Below are positions 1 to 11,333 of a DNA stretch of 64,000 nt, piece after piece. The notes beneath the pieces are model-generated. The model was not told the DNA's origin, ran no database searches, and saw only the letters and a program-made list of their open reading frames with translations. The stretch is from NCBI GenBank assembly GCA_963811105.1, contig CAWEPZ010000001.1, forward strand, positions 32,001-96,000, written 5' to 3'. A program made the position numbers and the translations under genes. This stretch comes from Candidatus Bathyarchaeota archaeon (GTDB taxonomy: Archaea > Thermoproteota > Bathyarchaeia > Bathyarchaeales > Bathycorpusculaceae). Position 1 is the stretch's first letter, and every line of letters starts with the position of its first letter.

Positions 1-1733
1 CTCCAAAAGGTTGGGTCTGCCACGTTTAAGCCTAATATTTTGCCGATTTCCAGAGGTGACACGCTGCTTCCAGCCGACAACGCCTGCATGAGTTTAGGTA
101 CAAACGCTTTGCCCTCCTCCAAGTAATGCTCATAAAGGGAATAGACGAACATTTGAGCGTAGACGTAGGGATAGTTGTAGAACCTGTAGTTAGCCATGTA
201 GTAATGAGGTTTCATTGTCCATTCTGCTTGCATTTCGGGGAGCCATGCGACGGCGTCGCTGTAGATGCGGTCCCTTGCCACAGTCCAGTGGCGGCAAATT
301 GTTGGGTAATCCAAGTATTCTTCTTGCTTAATGGAGTTATAGAGAGCCTGCTCAAACCATACGCGTGCGGTAACTTGGAACGTGGTCATGCCTGCCTCGT
401 CCAAAACCATGCAAAGAACAGCTTTGCTCTGTGCATCCGACTTCGCCTGCTCCAACATCAGGTCTGTCAGCAGAAGTTCGCCGAAGATGGATGCAGTCTC
501 AGCCACAATGGATGGAACAGCTATGTTCATCAGAGTTTGGCTCCTCGACATATAGTAGTCGTGTGTAGCGTGTCCCAGCTCATGCGCCAGTGTAAACACA
601 TCGCTTAGAGTGCCGTTGAAGTTGTCAAGTATAAATGCAGATTTCCCGCGATACCAGCTTGCGCAGAAGGCGCCGTTGCGTTTCCCAAACCTAGGTGGTG
701 CGTCGATGCGGCGTTTCCTAAACATTTCTTCCACAGCTGTTGCGTATTGGGGATCGAAGCGGCTGTATGCCCGTGTAATGAGGCTTTGGACTTCGCCAAA
801 GCTGAATTTTAAGTCAGGAGCTTCAGGCAAGGGTGAAACGATGTCGTGGTTCCCAAGCAACGGCAACCCCATAAGTTTAGCTTTCAATTTGAGGTAACGA
901 CGATATGTGCCTGCGTTGCCTTCTATTGCAGCAAGTAGATTCTCAATGATCACCTGTTCAGTATCATTATTTAGGAGGCTAGACTCCATGGGCGAAGCAT
1001 ATTTTCTGCGTTGCGAAACGGTGACCCAGTCATTGCAGATGCTCCTTAGGGCGGCGGCAAAAATTTCGCCGTCTCTGCCAAGCAAACCGTAGATTGAGCG
1101 GTTTGCAGATTCTCGTGTGTCACGGTCTGGATGAGATAGAAGTCCGTTAGCCGCGCCGTAACTAAATGTTTTTTTCTCCCCTAAAACGGTGATTTCGAAG
1201 AGGCGGGTGTTAAGCCATTTGCTTTGCAACTCCTCCCAAGCCTGCACACCAAACTGATCCTTCTCAATGACCAACTGCTCCTCGACTTCGCTTAGTTGAT
1301 GGACTGCACGTCGCTGAACACGCTCTAGCATATGCCTGTACCCAGTCAAAACTGGGTCCCCAATCAATTCAGGCTTAGCTTTAACAAGTGCACCTATCTC
1401 TATTGAAAAGAAAGCCAATTGCTTACCCAGTTGCGCCTCAAACTTGCTTACTTTGTCGTAAAGCGCTTGCGTCTCGGGCAATGTCATGTTAGCTGAAAAA
1501 GACAAGCTTGCAAAAAGCGATAAGTCTCCTGTTTTAATTTCAAAATCTTCCAATTCCCTGATGCATTTAATCAGACTTGCGGCGTCAAAAGAAGCTATTT
1601 TTCCTCGGTATGTCTTTTCGAAAGCATCGGCAAAAATTTTAGTCTCACTAATAGTTTTTTCGACAGCTGGGTCAGTAACACTGGGATAAAGTTCTTTTAG
1701 GTCCCAAGTGACTTCTTGTTCTTCGTTAGTCAT
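1..1733 (-). CDS. pepF: M3-family oligoendopeptidase F (partial, runs off the left edge)
   Basis: Manual minus-strand translation from ATG at 1733: MTNEEQEVTWDLKELYPS...; zinc motif TLAHELGHATH near 560-595; no stop seen before the window edge. Confidence 0.9.
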   Translation of the reverse strand, partial: MTNEEQEVTWDLKELYPSVTDPAVEKTISETKIFADAFEKTYRGKIASFDAASLIKCIRELEDFEIKTGDLSLFASLSFSANMTLPETQALYDKVSKFEAQLGKQLAFFSIEIGALVKAKPELIGDPVLTGYRHMLERVQRRAVHQLSEVEEQLVIEKDQFGVQAWEELQSKWLNTRLFEITVLGEKKTFSYGAANGLLSHPDRDTRESANRSIYGLLGRDGEIFAAALRSICNDWVTVSQRRKYASPMESSLLNNDTEQVIIENLLAAIEGNAGTYRRYLKLKAKLMGLPLLGNHDIVSPLPEAPDLKFSFGEVQSLITRAYSRFDPQYATAVEEMFRKRRIDAPPRFGKRNGAFCASWYRGKSAFILDNFNGTLSDVFTLAHELGHATHDYYMSRSQTLMNIAVPSIVAETASIFGELLLTDLMLEQAKSDAQSKAVLCMVLDEAGMTTFQVTARVWFEQALYNSIKQEEYLDYPTICRHWTVARDRIYSDAVAWLPEMQAEWTMKPHYYMANYRFYNYPYVYAQMFVYSLYEHYLEEGKAFVPKLMQALSAGSSVSPLEIGKILGLNVADPTFW

Positions 1734-1861
1734 AGGTTTCGCCACAACTTTAAAACTCGTAGGGGTATTTTGGGTTTGCCTAGCACGATTCTTTCTTCAT
1801 AATGATTTCATTCGACCGCAAAAGAAAAAGGGCTGCACAAACGATACAACAGGGAATACGC

Positions 1862-2749
1862 ATGGTTACAGAGCACAAAATAATTCTTGGCAATAGCCAG
1901 CAAATGCTTGAACTCCGCGATAGCAGCCTGCACTTGATGATCACATCGCCACCTTATCCCATGATAAAAATGTGGGATAACTTTTTCGCCGATGCCGACC
2001 CAAAAATCAGAAAACTTTGGAAGAAGTTGGAAAAAGACGGCAATGAAGAAACCGTCCGGCAAATTTACGATGGTATGCACAATTATCTGAGGAAAGTTTG
2101 GCAGGAAACATATCGCGTTCTTGTTGACGGTGGCATAGCATGCATAAACATTGGCGACGCAACACGAACAGTTAACGGCAAATTCCAGCTTTTTCCTAAC
2201 CACTCGAGAATAACTGAAATTTGCGAAAAAATCGGGTTCATCACATTACCCTATATTTTATGGAAAAAACCGACAAACAAGCCAAAATATAAGGGCAAAG
2301 GCGCATTCTTGGGTTCAGGTTTTCTGCCGCCGAACGCTTATGTGACACTTGATTGTGAGTTCATATTGCTATTTAGAAAAGGGAATCTTCGGAAGTTTCG
2401 GCCTCACGATGAACTTCGCTACGGAAGCGCATTTAAGAAAGTTGAGCGAGATGAATGGTTCAGCCAAATCTGGTCGTTAAAAGGAACCCGCCAAACTGTA
2501 AGCGAACTGGAGAGAAGAACAGCGGCCTACCCAGACGAAATCGCTGGTCGTCTTATCAAAATGTTCAGCATAAAAGGCGAAACAGTCTTGGATCCCTTTC
2601 TTGGTTCAGGAACAACAATGAAGATAGCAATGCAGAATGAACGAAACAGCATTGGATATGAAACAGACCAAAACCTGCTTTCCGTTATAGCCAAAAAAAC
2701 AGGCAACAACAATGTTCACGAGGCGACTGTGGAAGTAATCAGGCGCTAA
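1862..2749 (+). CDS. Beta-class N4-C/N6-A site-specific DNA methyltransferase (orphan)
   Basis: LMITSPPY catalytic motif precedes the VLDPFLGSGTT SAM-binding motif; likely start MVTEHKII at 1862. Confidence 0.9.
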   Translation: MVTEHKIILGNSQQMLELRDSSLHLMITSPPYPMIKMWDNFFADADPKIRKLWKKLEKDGNEETVRQIYDGMHNYLRKVWQETYRVLVDGGIACINIGDATRTVNGKFQLFPNHSRITEICEKIGFITLPYILWKKPTNKPKYKGKGAFLGSGFLPPNAYVTLDCEFILLFRKGNLRKFRPHDELRYGSAFKKVERDEWFSQIWSLKGTRQTVSELERRTAAYPDEIAGRLIKMFSIKGETVLDPFLGSGTTMKIAMQNERNSIGYETDQNLLSVIAKKTGNNNVHEATVEVIRR

Positions 2750-3168
2750 AGTTTCTTGGGTGGTAGTAAAAGTTGAATATTATCCATTGATAATATAGCC
2801 GAAATAGGCTGTATTAATTGGGTAAGCAAAACTCAACCGATAGGAACCACTTCGGTTTAGGGAATATTGCACTAAGGTTTACTCAGTCAGGCGAACGTGT
2901 TAGGAGTAACATTGCTAAAGATCTTTTTGCGTTTGACCAAACGTTGCAGGGGTACGATTGCCAAAAAATTCGTGATCGCGAAGATTTTATTGTTCAGAGA
3001 CGTGATTTTTTTGGGAACAAGGTTGGGGGATCTCACAGTTTTTGAAGTGAAAACGGGAGATTCTCAGTTGTCTGAAGCACTGAAAAAAGGCAGCGGCAAC
3101 TAAGAAGAAGCTGCTATGAAGTGGCTAGATAATAGTTACCAATGTTGTATGAATCATCAATTGTCCTT

Positions 3169-3357
3169 TTAGGCAGGTTCAAGTGTAACTTCGTTTGGCT
3201 ATCCTATCAGGTTTGGCTTATCGTTCTTTAAAGAAGCTATAGTTAAATCTGGAATACACATGCGTCCACTTTTGCACATCTGGCCTAAAAAACTCTCTGG
3301 ATTCTGTGGTACATCCTTATACTCAATAGTACTTTGAATATACTTCAGTGCACGCAT
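3169..3357 (-). pseudogene. Small swapped-hairpin (AbrB-like) protein gene with an in-frame TAG
   Basis: MRALKY...ESFLGQMCKSGRMCIPDLTIASLKNDKPNLIG*PNEVTLEPA; the GRxxIP motif resembles the AbrB fold; stop at 3199-3201. Confidence 0.4.
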
Positions 3358-3800
3358 CTCGCATACAATTTAAGAGTTGTCAAAAAAAACCCCAATCAAG
3401 CTGTTTAAAAATTGCAGCAACAGTTGTTCTTCTCTTAAAGAAATTCACCTTTTCTGATTGGTAAAAAAGTGTTTTCTCACATCAATAGACCTCGCTTAGG
3501 CCAAGTAATGTGTTATTTGCTGGCTATAGTTGATTTTTTGCTTTGTTTTAGGTTTTGCTTCATGCAACGCATCTCTAAAGTGTTTTTTTAAAGGGCTATC
3601 TCCATGAAGTTTAATAGGTATTCAGTTTAGAAGCACAACGGATAATAATGTTTATTAGTAAGCTATACGGCTTGTGTTTGTGCTCTTAGAAAAGTTAGCT
3701 GAAGCCTTTTTCAAATTGGTTGATCCCCTATCAAAGGAGTTGCAAGTTTGAAAACACTAACAAAATCACAAAATAATAAAAATTATGGAGAATTGATAAA

Positions 3801-6800
3801 TTGACTTCCACCATTCAGAAAGAAGATATCCATGATTTATTGAAGACATTTTTCAGCGAGAAAGGACTAGTTCGCCAGCACCTTGACAGCTACAATGAAT
3901 TCATCGACCACGGATTACAGGAAGTAGTTGATGAAGTCGCCGAAATCCCCATTGAAGTGCCAGAAAGCCCCTACAAAGTGAAACTTGGACAAATCTGGGT
4001 AATTGACCCCCAATCGAGAATCACTGGTCCCTACGTCACCGAAGTGGATGGCACAAAACATGAAATTTACCCGATGGAAGCGAGACTACGCAACTTGGCG
4101 TATTCCACCCCCATCGCTTTAGAAATGACCCCTGTCATCGATGGAAGAGAGCAAGACACAGAACTTGTCTACATCGGAAATATCCCTGTCATGCTAAAAT
4201 CAAAACTTTGTTTCCTATCCCAGCTTTCTAAAGAAGAACTCATCGCGGCTGGAGAAGATCCTGATGACCAAGGCGGATATTTTGTCGTTAATGGATCCGA
4301 ACGAGTCATCGTCGCTATGGAAGATCTGGCACCTAACCGTGTAATTGTAGACATAGATGAGAAAGGAACCGCACCTGTTTATCAAGCAAAAATTTTCTCA
4401 ACAACCGTCGGTTTCAGAGCCAGAATTGAACTTAAACTCAAATCAGACGATGCAATTTACGTCACTATGCCGGGTGTGCCGACAGAAATTCCATTCGTCG
4501 TTATCATGCGCGCACTCAGCTTGGAAAAAGACAAAGATATTGCAGAGGCAGTTTCACTTGACAGCGAAATGCAAAGCCAACTAGCCGCCTCTTTTGAGAA
4601 AGCCATCGGTGTGGACACGCCTGCTGATGCAATCCTATTCATCGGCAACCGTGTAGCCCACGGACAAGTTGAAGAGTACCGTTTACAGAAAGCTGAAACA
4701 GCCCTTGACAAAAACTTCCTGCCACACCTTGGCAGAAGCGAAAAGAACAGAAAGGAAAAAGCCATCTTCCTCGGCGAAATGGCTTACAGAGTTTTACAAT
4801 TAAAAACTGGAAGAAGGCAACCTGACGACAAAGACCACTTCAAGAACAAACGTTTGCGCCTTGGTGGTCCACTTCTCGCAGACCTCTTCAGAGTATCATT
4901 TAGAAACTTAACAAGAGACATAAAATATCAACTTGAACGCATTGGGGTTAAAGGGCCAATCATAACTGTGTCAGCTGCAGTACGCCCAGGCATTATTACC
5001 GAGAGGTTCCAACATGCGTTGGCAACAGGCAACTGGGGAAGAGGAAGAGTCGGTATCACCCAACTGCTCGACCGAACAAACTACATATCCACCCTTAGTC
5101 ACCTACGCAGGCTGCAGTCACCTTTAAGCAGAAGTCAACCTAACTTCGAAGCCAGAGACTTACACCCAACCCACTGGGGACGGCTCTGTCCTAACGAAAC
5201 ACCTGAGGGCTCCAACTGTGGGCTCGTCAAAAACTTGGCGTTATCAGCATCCATCGCTGTCGGCGTAAACCCTGACAGAGTCAAACAGATACTTTTTGAA
5301 ATGGGCTCTGTTCCAGCCGCAGAAGCAAGCATTGAGCTGCGTATTTCAGGAGCAAAAGTTTTCGTTGATGGAAACATAATTGGCTACTGCAACAGCCCCG
5401 CAGAAATCGTGAAATCTTTTCGGGAGAAACGAAGAGCTGGAGAAATCTCAACCGAAGTAAATGTAACATACTTCTCTAAGCTACAAACAGAAACTGAAGA
5501 AGTGCATGCCAACTGTGACGAAGGCAGAGTTAGACGTCCACTCATAATCGTTGAAAATGGCGCTCCAAAACTTCAAGCCAAGCACATTGAAAAAATCGGC
5601 TTAGGCGAATGGACCTGGGAAGACGTGGTTAAAAACGGATTCATAGAATATTTGGATGCTGAAGAAGAAGAAAACGCTTACATCTCATTAACATTCGACG
5701 CAATTCAACCAACAAACACACATGTCGAAATAGCCACATACACAATCTTAGGTATCTGTGCTTCAACAATCCCTTATCCAGAACACAACCAGTCTCCACG
5801 AAACTCATACCAAGCAGCCATGGCCAAACAAGCCTTAGGAGTTTATGGCACAAACTTCCATCACCGCGTAGATTCACGTTCACACATACTTCACTACCCA
5901 CAAGTACCTATGGTTGAAACCGAATTGATGGAAGTTATGGGTTACAAACAACGTCCAACAGGACAAAACTGCGTCGTCGCCGTGCTTAGCTTCGAAGGCT
6001 ACAACATGGAAGACGCCCTAATATTCAACAAAGCATCAGTCGAACGAGGCTTAGCAAGATCTACATTCTACAGAATCTACGAAGCCGAATGCCGCCAATA
6101 CCTAGGAGGCTTAAAAGACAAATTCACTGTCCCAGAACCAGGAACCCGCGGCTATCGAGGCGAACAATACTACAGGCTCTTGGAACCTGACGGGATAATC
6201 AGTTTAGAATCACAAGTGGTCGGCGGAGACGTTTTAATCGGCAGAATTAGCCCGCCAAGATTCCTCGAAGAATACAAGGAATTTGAAGTAAAAGGGCCTT
6301 CAATGCGTGACACCTCAGTAGACATGCGTCCATCCGAAACAGGAATTGTAGATGGCATATTCATAACTATGTCAGGCGAAGGTAGCCAACTGGTAAAAGT
6401 AAGAGTTCGAGACCAAAGAATACCCGAACTTGGAGACAAATTCGCTTCACGTCATGGACAAAAAGGAGTTATCGGCTTAATCGTACCTCAAGAAGACCTG
6501 CCATTCTCAGACGGAGGCATTGTTCCAGACTTGATAATTAACCCGCACGCCATCCCCTCAAGAATGACTATCGGACAATTCATCGAATCACTGGCTGGAA
6601 AAGCTGCATCAGCAAGAGGCAAACCAGCAGACGGCACACCCTTCTCAAACGAAGGACCTGACGAAATACGCAAGCAACTCATAAAGCTCGGCTTCAGTCA
6701 TACTGGAGGCGAAGTTTTCTACAGTGGTACAACAGGCGAAAAATTCGTTGCAGATGTATTCGTCGGCGTAGTTTACTACCAAAAACTTCACCATATGGTT

Positions 6801-7169
6801 GCAGACAAAATTCACGCAAGAGCCAGAGGTCAAGTTCAGATGTTAACGAGGCAACCAACTGAAGGCAGAGCTAGAGGCGGAGGTCTTAGGTTCGGAGAAA
6901 TGGAACGAGACTGCCTTATCGGTCACGGCGCTGCTATGCTGCTAAGAGACAGATTGCTTGAAGAGTCAGACAAATACACACTCTACATTTGCGAGAACTG
7001 TGGACAAATCGCTTACTTTGACATGAAACAAAGACGCTATGTATGCAGAATATGTGACGAGAAAGCAAAGATTTCACCAGTAATCGTCTCGTACGCTTTC
7101 AAGCTTCTATTGCAAGAGCTTCAAAGCCTCTGTATCACTCCAAAATTAAGATTAAAAGAGAAGGCATAA
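3801..7169 (+). CDS. rpoB: DNA-directed RNA polymerase subunit B (unsplit)
   Basis: 1122 aa; GDKFASRHGQKG, GGLRFGEMERD, C-terminal zinc ribbon. Confidence 0.99.
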   Translation: MTSTIQKEDIHDLLKTFFSEKGLVRQHLDSYNEFIDHGLQEVVDEVAEIPIEVPESPYKVKLGQIWVIDPQSRITGPYVTEVDGTKHEIYPMEARLRNLAYSTPIALEMTPVIDGREQDTELVYIGNIPVMLKSKLCFLSQLSKEELIAAGEDPDDQGGYFVVNGSERVIVAMEDLAPNRVIVDIDEKGTAPVYQAKIFSTTVGFRARIELKLKSDDAIYVTMPGVPTEIPFVVIMRALSLEKDKDIAEAVSLDSEMQSQLAASFEKAIGVDTPADAILFIGNRVAHGQVEEYRLQKAETALDKNFLPHLGRSEKNRKEKAIFLGEMAYRVLQLKTGRRQPDDKDHFKNKRLRLGGPLLADLFRVSFRNLTRDIKYQLERIGVKGPIITVSAAVRPGIITERFQHALATGNWGRGRVGITQLLDRTNYISTLSHLRRLQSPLSRSQPNFEARDLHPTHWGRLCPNETPEGSNCGLVKNLALSASIAVGVNPDRVKQILFEMGSVPAAEASIELRISGAKVFVDGNIIGYCNSPAEIVKSFREKRRAGEISTEVNVTYFSKLQTETEEVHANCDEGRVRRPLIIVENGAPKLQAKHIEKIGLGEWTWEDVVKNGFIEYLDAEEEENAYISLTFDAIQPTNTHVEIATYTILGICASTIPYPEHNQSPRNSYQAAMAKQALGVYGTNFHHRVDSRSHILHYPQVPMVETELMEVMGYKQRPTGQNCVVAVLSFEGYNMEDALIFNKASVERGLARSTFYRIYEAECRQYLGGLKDKFTVPEPGTRGYRGEQYYRLLEPDGIISLESQVVGGDVLIGRISPPRFLEEYKEFEVKGPSMRDTSVDMRPSETGIVDGIFITMSGEGSQLVKVRVRDQRIPELGDKFASRHGQKGVIGLIVPQEDLPFSDGGIVPDLIINPHAIPSRMTIGQFIESLAGKAASARGKPADGTPFSNEGPDEIRKQLIKLGFSHTGGEVFYSGTTGEKFVADVFVGVVYYQKLHHMVADKIHARARGQVQMLTRQPTEGRARGGGLRFGEMERDCLIGHGAAMLLRDRLLEESDKYTLYICENCGQIAYFDMKQRRYVCRICDEKAKISPVIVSYAFKLLLQELQSLCITPKLRLKEKA

Positions 7170-7171
7170 CT

Positions 7172-10100
7172 ATGGCACAGGAAGAATTAATTCATAAAAT
7201 AGTTGACGAAATCTCATTCGGTTTAATCTCACCTAAAGACCTGCGAAAACAATCAGTCGTTGAAATCCAAACCCCAGACACCTATGACGAAGATGGCGCA
7301 CCTATCACCGCTGGCTTAATGGATGGCAGATTAGGCACACTTGAGCCAAGGCAACGCTGCAAAACCTGCGGCAACACAGCCATTCGCTGCCCAGGACACT
7401 TCGGACACATTGAGTTAGCTGTACCAATAGTTCACATTGAATTCACAAAAATCATATTTGACCTTTTGAAATCAACCTGCCGCAGCTGCGGACGAATACT
7501 CTTATCTGAAGATGCTTCAAAAAAGGCAAAGCAACGAATTGAACGGCTAAATGAGCTTTTAGGCACGATTCCAGACGAAATTTACAAAGAAATAATGACT
7601 GAAATCAAAGCCAAACAGTGTCCCTACTGTGCATCAGCCCAATTCAAGATTACTTTTGAGAAACCAACAAAATTTATCGAGCAGACCGAATTAGGCTCTG
7701 AGCCACTGACACCTAGCATGATTCGCGAAAGGCTTGAACGTGTCTCAGATGAAGATCTGGAAATCTTGGGATTCAACCCAAAAGTTGCGCGCCCCGAATG
7801 GATGGTTCTGCAAGTTCTACCTGTTCCGCCAGTTTACGTTCGACCATCAATCACTTTAGAATCAGGTATCCGTTCTGAAGACGACTTAACTCACAAACTC
7901 GTTGACATTATTCGCATTAACCAACGTTTGAAGGAAAACATGGAAGCGGGTGCACCTACACTTATTATTCAAGACCTCTCCGAGCTGTTGCAGTATCACG
8001 TTACAACCTACTTTAACAATGAAGCATCAGGTATTCCACCGGCAAGACATCGCAGCGGAAGAGCATTAAAGACTCTCTCCCAGAGGCTGAAAGGCAAAGA
8101 AGGACGCTTTAGAAGCAACCTTTCAGGAAAACGAGTTGACTTCTCAGCACGAACAGTTATCTCACCTGACCCTAACCTTGACATTAACGAAGTCGGAGTT
8201 CCAGTTGATGTTGCCATGCGCCTTTCTGTTCCAGAAAAGGTTACAGCATGGAACATTGAGGAAATGAAGAAGTTTGTAATTAACGGCCCAGAAAATTATC
8301 CTGGCGCTTTATACATTATCCGCCCCGATAGCAAACGTATTAGGCTAGAATTCGTTGTTGACAGAACCAAAATTGCCGAAGCAGTTGAGTTAGGATTCAT
8401 AGTTGAGCGGCACCTAAAGAACGGCGATATTGCAATCTTTAATCGTCAGCCTTCTCTTCACCGCATGTCCATCATGGCTCATTATGTCCGGGTTTTGCCA
8501 TACAAAACTTTCCGTTTACACCTGTGTGTTTGCCCACCCTACAACGCTGACTTTGATGGCGACGAAATGAACCTCCATGTACCACAGAGCGAAGAAGCCA
8601 GAACCGAAGCACTATTGCTAATGCAGGTGCAAGACCAAATTCTCTCACCCAGATTCGGCGGACCTATCATAGGCGCTATAAGAGACTTTATCACAAGCGC
8701 ATACTACTTTACCAAAACTGGAAACTACCTTACTCGATCGCAAGTTACCCGGCTACTTACAGCAACTGGATACACAGGCGAAATGCCAGTCCCAGAAATA
8801 AAAGAACCCCAACCCATGTGGTCAGGCAAACAAATATTCAGCCTCTTCCTGCCCAAAACCTTGAATTATGTTCTCAAAGCCAACATTTGCCAAGGCTGCA
8901 CTAAATGCGAAGAAGAAGAATGCAAACACGACGCGTATGTAGTGGTTAGAAATGGCCAGCTAGTCTCAGGTATCATCGACAGAAAATCCATCGGCGCTGA
9001 GCAATCAGAAAGCTTACTTCACAGAATAATCAAGGACTATGGCACTCAAGCAGGAAGAGAATTCCTAAACAACATAACACATTTGCTAAAACTGTACATT
9101 TCAATGCGAGGCTTCAGTTACACCTACGATCAACTAGTTCTTTCGCCAAAAGCTCGCAATCGTATGGCTAAAACAATGGAACGTATTCAAAAGAAAATCG
9201 ATGAACACATTGAGAACTTCCGCAACGGAACACTTCCACGGTTGCCAGGTCAAACCTTAGAGGAATCATTCGAAATATATGTCATGCATGAACTAGCAGT
9301 GGCCAGAGATGAATCAGGCAAGATAGCAGATGAAGACTTTACTCTAGAAAACGCAGGCATTGTTATGACACGCTCAGGTGCAAGAGGTTCAAGTCTAAAT
9401 ATTGGCCAAATGGCTGCTTGCGTTGGGCAACAATCAGTACGAGGAAAACGTGTCTTGCGAGGCTATGCTGGAAGAGCATTGCCACACTTCATTGAAGGCG
9501 ACCCCAGTCCAAGAGCAAGAGGCTTTGTCTATAACTCTTATCAGTCAGGTTTGGACGCGATTGAATTCTTCTTCCACGCTATGGGTGGCAGAGAAGGTCT
9601 AGTTGACACAGCCGTCCGTACTCAACAGAGCGGTTACATGCAAAGAAGACTAATCAACGCTTTAGAACACATTCGACTTGAATACGACAGTACAGTCCGT
9701 GACTCAGCAGGCGACATCATCCAATTCAGGTATGGCGAAGACGGTGTTGACCCAGCAAAAAGCGACCACGGCAAAGCTGTAAACGTAAGCCGACTAATTG
9801 ACCAAATAAAAATCGGCGAAGTTAAAGGCGAAGCAGCATCAAGCGAGGAAATCAAGAAGCAGATGAAAATCGTTGAAAGCCAGCTAACACCGATTTTGCT
9901 GGATCAACTCAAAATTGGATTTGCAAAGAACAAACTAACCAAGAAAGCTGTAGAAAAAGCAACGAGCTCAACAGCTGAGCAATATAATCGTGCTTTAATG
10001 GAGCCAGGTGAGGCAGTTGGAATTGTTGCTGCTCAATCCATAGGTGAACCAGGCACCCAGATGACTCTTAGAACCTTCCATTACGCTGGTGTCAAAGAAC

Positions 10101-11005
10101 AAAACGTCACTTTAGGCTTACCACGACTCATCGAAATAGTAGACGCACGCAGGATTCCTTCAACACCTATTATGACTATTTATCTAATGCCAGAATCTGC
10201 CAAGAGCAAAGAAAGCGCTGTTGAAGTCGCAAGAAACATAATTTACACTTCAGTTGAAAACTTGGCTTCAGCAATTTACGAAGACCCAGTGCGCGAAGAA
10301 ATCGTTATTGAATTAAGCAAGTCAATGATGGATGACAGAGCCATAACAATGGACGAACTTAAAGAACGACTGGAACTACAAAATGCAGCAGTCACAATCA
10401 CAGACTACACAGTTCAGGTTAAACCCAAAAAAGCCGAACAACTAAAACGAATGTTAGGCAAGATTCCAAGCTTCCAAGTCAAAGGTGTACCAGACATTAA
10501 GCGTGTACTGGTCACTGAAGAAAACGGCGAATGGGTAATACGCACTGACGGCTCAAACCTCTCAAAAGTCCTCGAAGTTCGAGGCGTAGACACATCACGA
10601 ACAAGCACCAACAACATTCACGAAATAGCCAAAACTCTCGGTGTAGAAGCCTCAAGAAACGCATTGGTCAACGAAGCGAAAGGTGTCTTGGAAGATCAAG
10701 GTTTAGACGTAGATGTACGACACGTTATGCTTGTAGCAGATATGATGACAACAACAGGCGATGTGCAACAGATTGGCAGACACGGTATCAGCGGCAAGAA
10801 AGCAAGTGTCTTAGCGCGCGCAGCATTCGAAATTACTGTACCTAACATTGTTGAAGCGGCAGTGAAAGGTGAAAGTGATCCTTTGGCAGGAGTAACAGAA
10901 AACGTTATAGTCGGGCAGTCGATTCCAATCGGCACTGGCTTAGTTGAACTGTACATGTCAACATTTGATAAACAAGCAAAACAGGGAGGAAAGACAGAAG
11001 CATGA
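7172..11005 (+). CDS. rpoA1: DNA-directed RNA polymerase subunit A'/A'' fusion
   Basis: 1277 aa; YNADFDGDEMN catalytic motif plus A''-type GEPGTQMTLRTFH and GVTENVIVGQ in one ORF. Confidence 0.98.
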   Translation: MAQEELIHKIVDEISFGLISPKDLRKQSVVEIQTPDTYDEDGAPITAGLMDGRLGTLEPRQRCKTCGNTAIRCPGHFGHIELAVPIVHIEFTKIIFDLLKSTCRSCGRILLSEDASKKAKQRIERLNELLGTIPDEIYKEIMTEIKAKQCPYCASAQFKITFEKPTKFIEQTELGSEPLTPSMIRERLERVSDEDLEILGFNPKVARPEWMVLQVLPVPPVYVRPSITLESGIRSEDDLTHKLVDIIRINQRLKENMEAGAPTLIIQDLSELLQYHVTTYFNNEASGIPPARHRSGRALKTLSQRLKGKEGRFRSNLSGKRVDFSARTVISPDPNLDINEVGVPVDVAMRLSVPEKVTAWNIEEMKKFVINGPENYPGALYIIRPDSKRIRLEFVVDRTKIAEAVELGFIVERHLKNGDIAIFNRQPSLHRMSIMAHYVRVLPYKTFRLHLCVCPPYNADFDGDEMNLHVPQSEEARTEALLLMQVQDQILSPRFGGPIIGAIRDFITSAYYFTKTGNYLTRSQVTRLLTATGYTGEMPVPEIKEPQPMWSGKQIFSLFLPKTLNYVLKANICQGCTKCEEEECKHDAYVVVRNGQLVSGIIDRKSIGAEQSESLLHRIIKDYGTQAGREFLNNITHLLKLYISMRGFSYTYDQLVLSPKARNRMAKTMERIQKKIDEHIENFRNGTLPRLPGQTLEESFEIYVMHELAVARDESGKIADEDFTLENAGIVMTRSGARGSSLNIGQMAACVGQQSVRGKRVLRGYAGRALPHFIEGDPSPRARGFVYNSYQSGLDAIEFFFHAMGGREGLVDTAVRTQQSGYMQRRLINALEHIRLEYDSTVRDSAGDIIQFRYGEDGVDPAKSDHGKAVNVSRLIDQIKIGEVKGEAASSEEIKKQMKIVESQLTPILLDQLKIGFAKNKLTKKAVEKATSSTAEQYNRALMEPGEAVGIVAAQSIGEPGTQMTLRTFHYAGVKEQNVTLGLPRLIEIVDARRIPSTPIMTIYLMPESAKSKESAVEVARNIIYTSVENLASAIYEDPVREEIVIELSKSMMDDRAITMDELKERLELQNAAVTITDYTVQVKPKKAEQLKRMLGKIPSFQVKGVPDIKRVLVTEENGEWVIRTDGSNLSKVLEVRGVDTSRTSTNNIHEIAKTLGVEASRNALVNEAKGVLEDQGLDVDVRHVMLVADMMTTTGDVQQIGRHGISGKKASVLARAAFEITVPNIVEAAVKGESDPLAGVTENVIVGQSIPIGTGLVELYMSTFDKQAKQGGKTEA

Positions 11006-11316
11006 TAGATATCGATAAGGCGTTGGCGACGGTAGTGAAAACTGGCAAAGTATCCTTTGGATCTAATGTCGCATTACAAAACGCTAAAACAGGCAAGGCT
11101 AAGATGATTGTTTTAGCCTCTAATTGTCCAAAAGACATAAAAGAACAGATAGAATACTATGGAGAAATCTCTAAAGTCCCCGTGGTAACATACAAAGGTG
11201 GCTCAATGGATTTAGCGGAAGTATGCAAAAAACTCTTCATTATTTCAGCCTTAAGCATCAGGGAAACAGGGGACTCAGACATTCTTAAAATAACCGAAGA
11301 ACCTAAAATAGAATAA
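11002..11316 (+). CDS. rpl30e: 50S ribosomal protein L30e
   Basis: L7Ae/L30e pattern KTGKVSFGSN...AKMIVLASNCP; canonical position after rpoA. Confidence 0.95.
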   Translation: MIDIDKALATVVKTGKVSFGSNVALQNAKTGKAKMIVLASNCPKDIKEQIEYYGEISKVPVVTYKGGSMDLAEVCKKLFIISALSIRETGDSDILKITEEPKIE

Positions 11317-11333
11317 AAAATGGAGGAAAAAAA

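Noticed and set aside
126-1689. Plus-strand ORFs here, and the many short antisense ORFs inside rpoB, rpoA, lhr and other genes
   Set aside because: Shadow ORFs of real genes on the opposite strand, with no motifs
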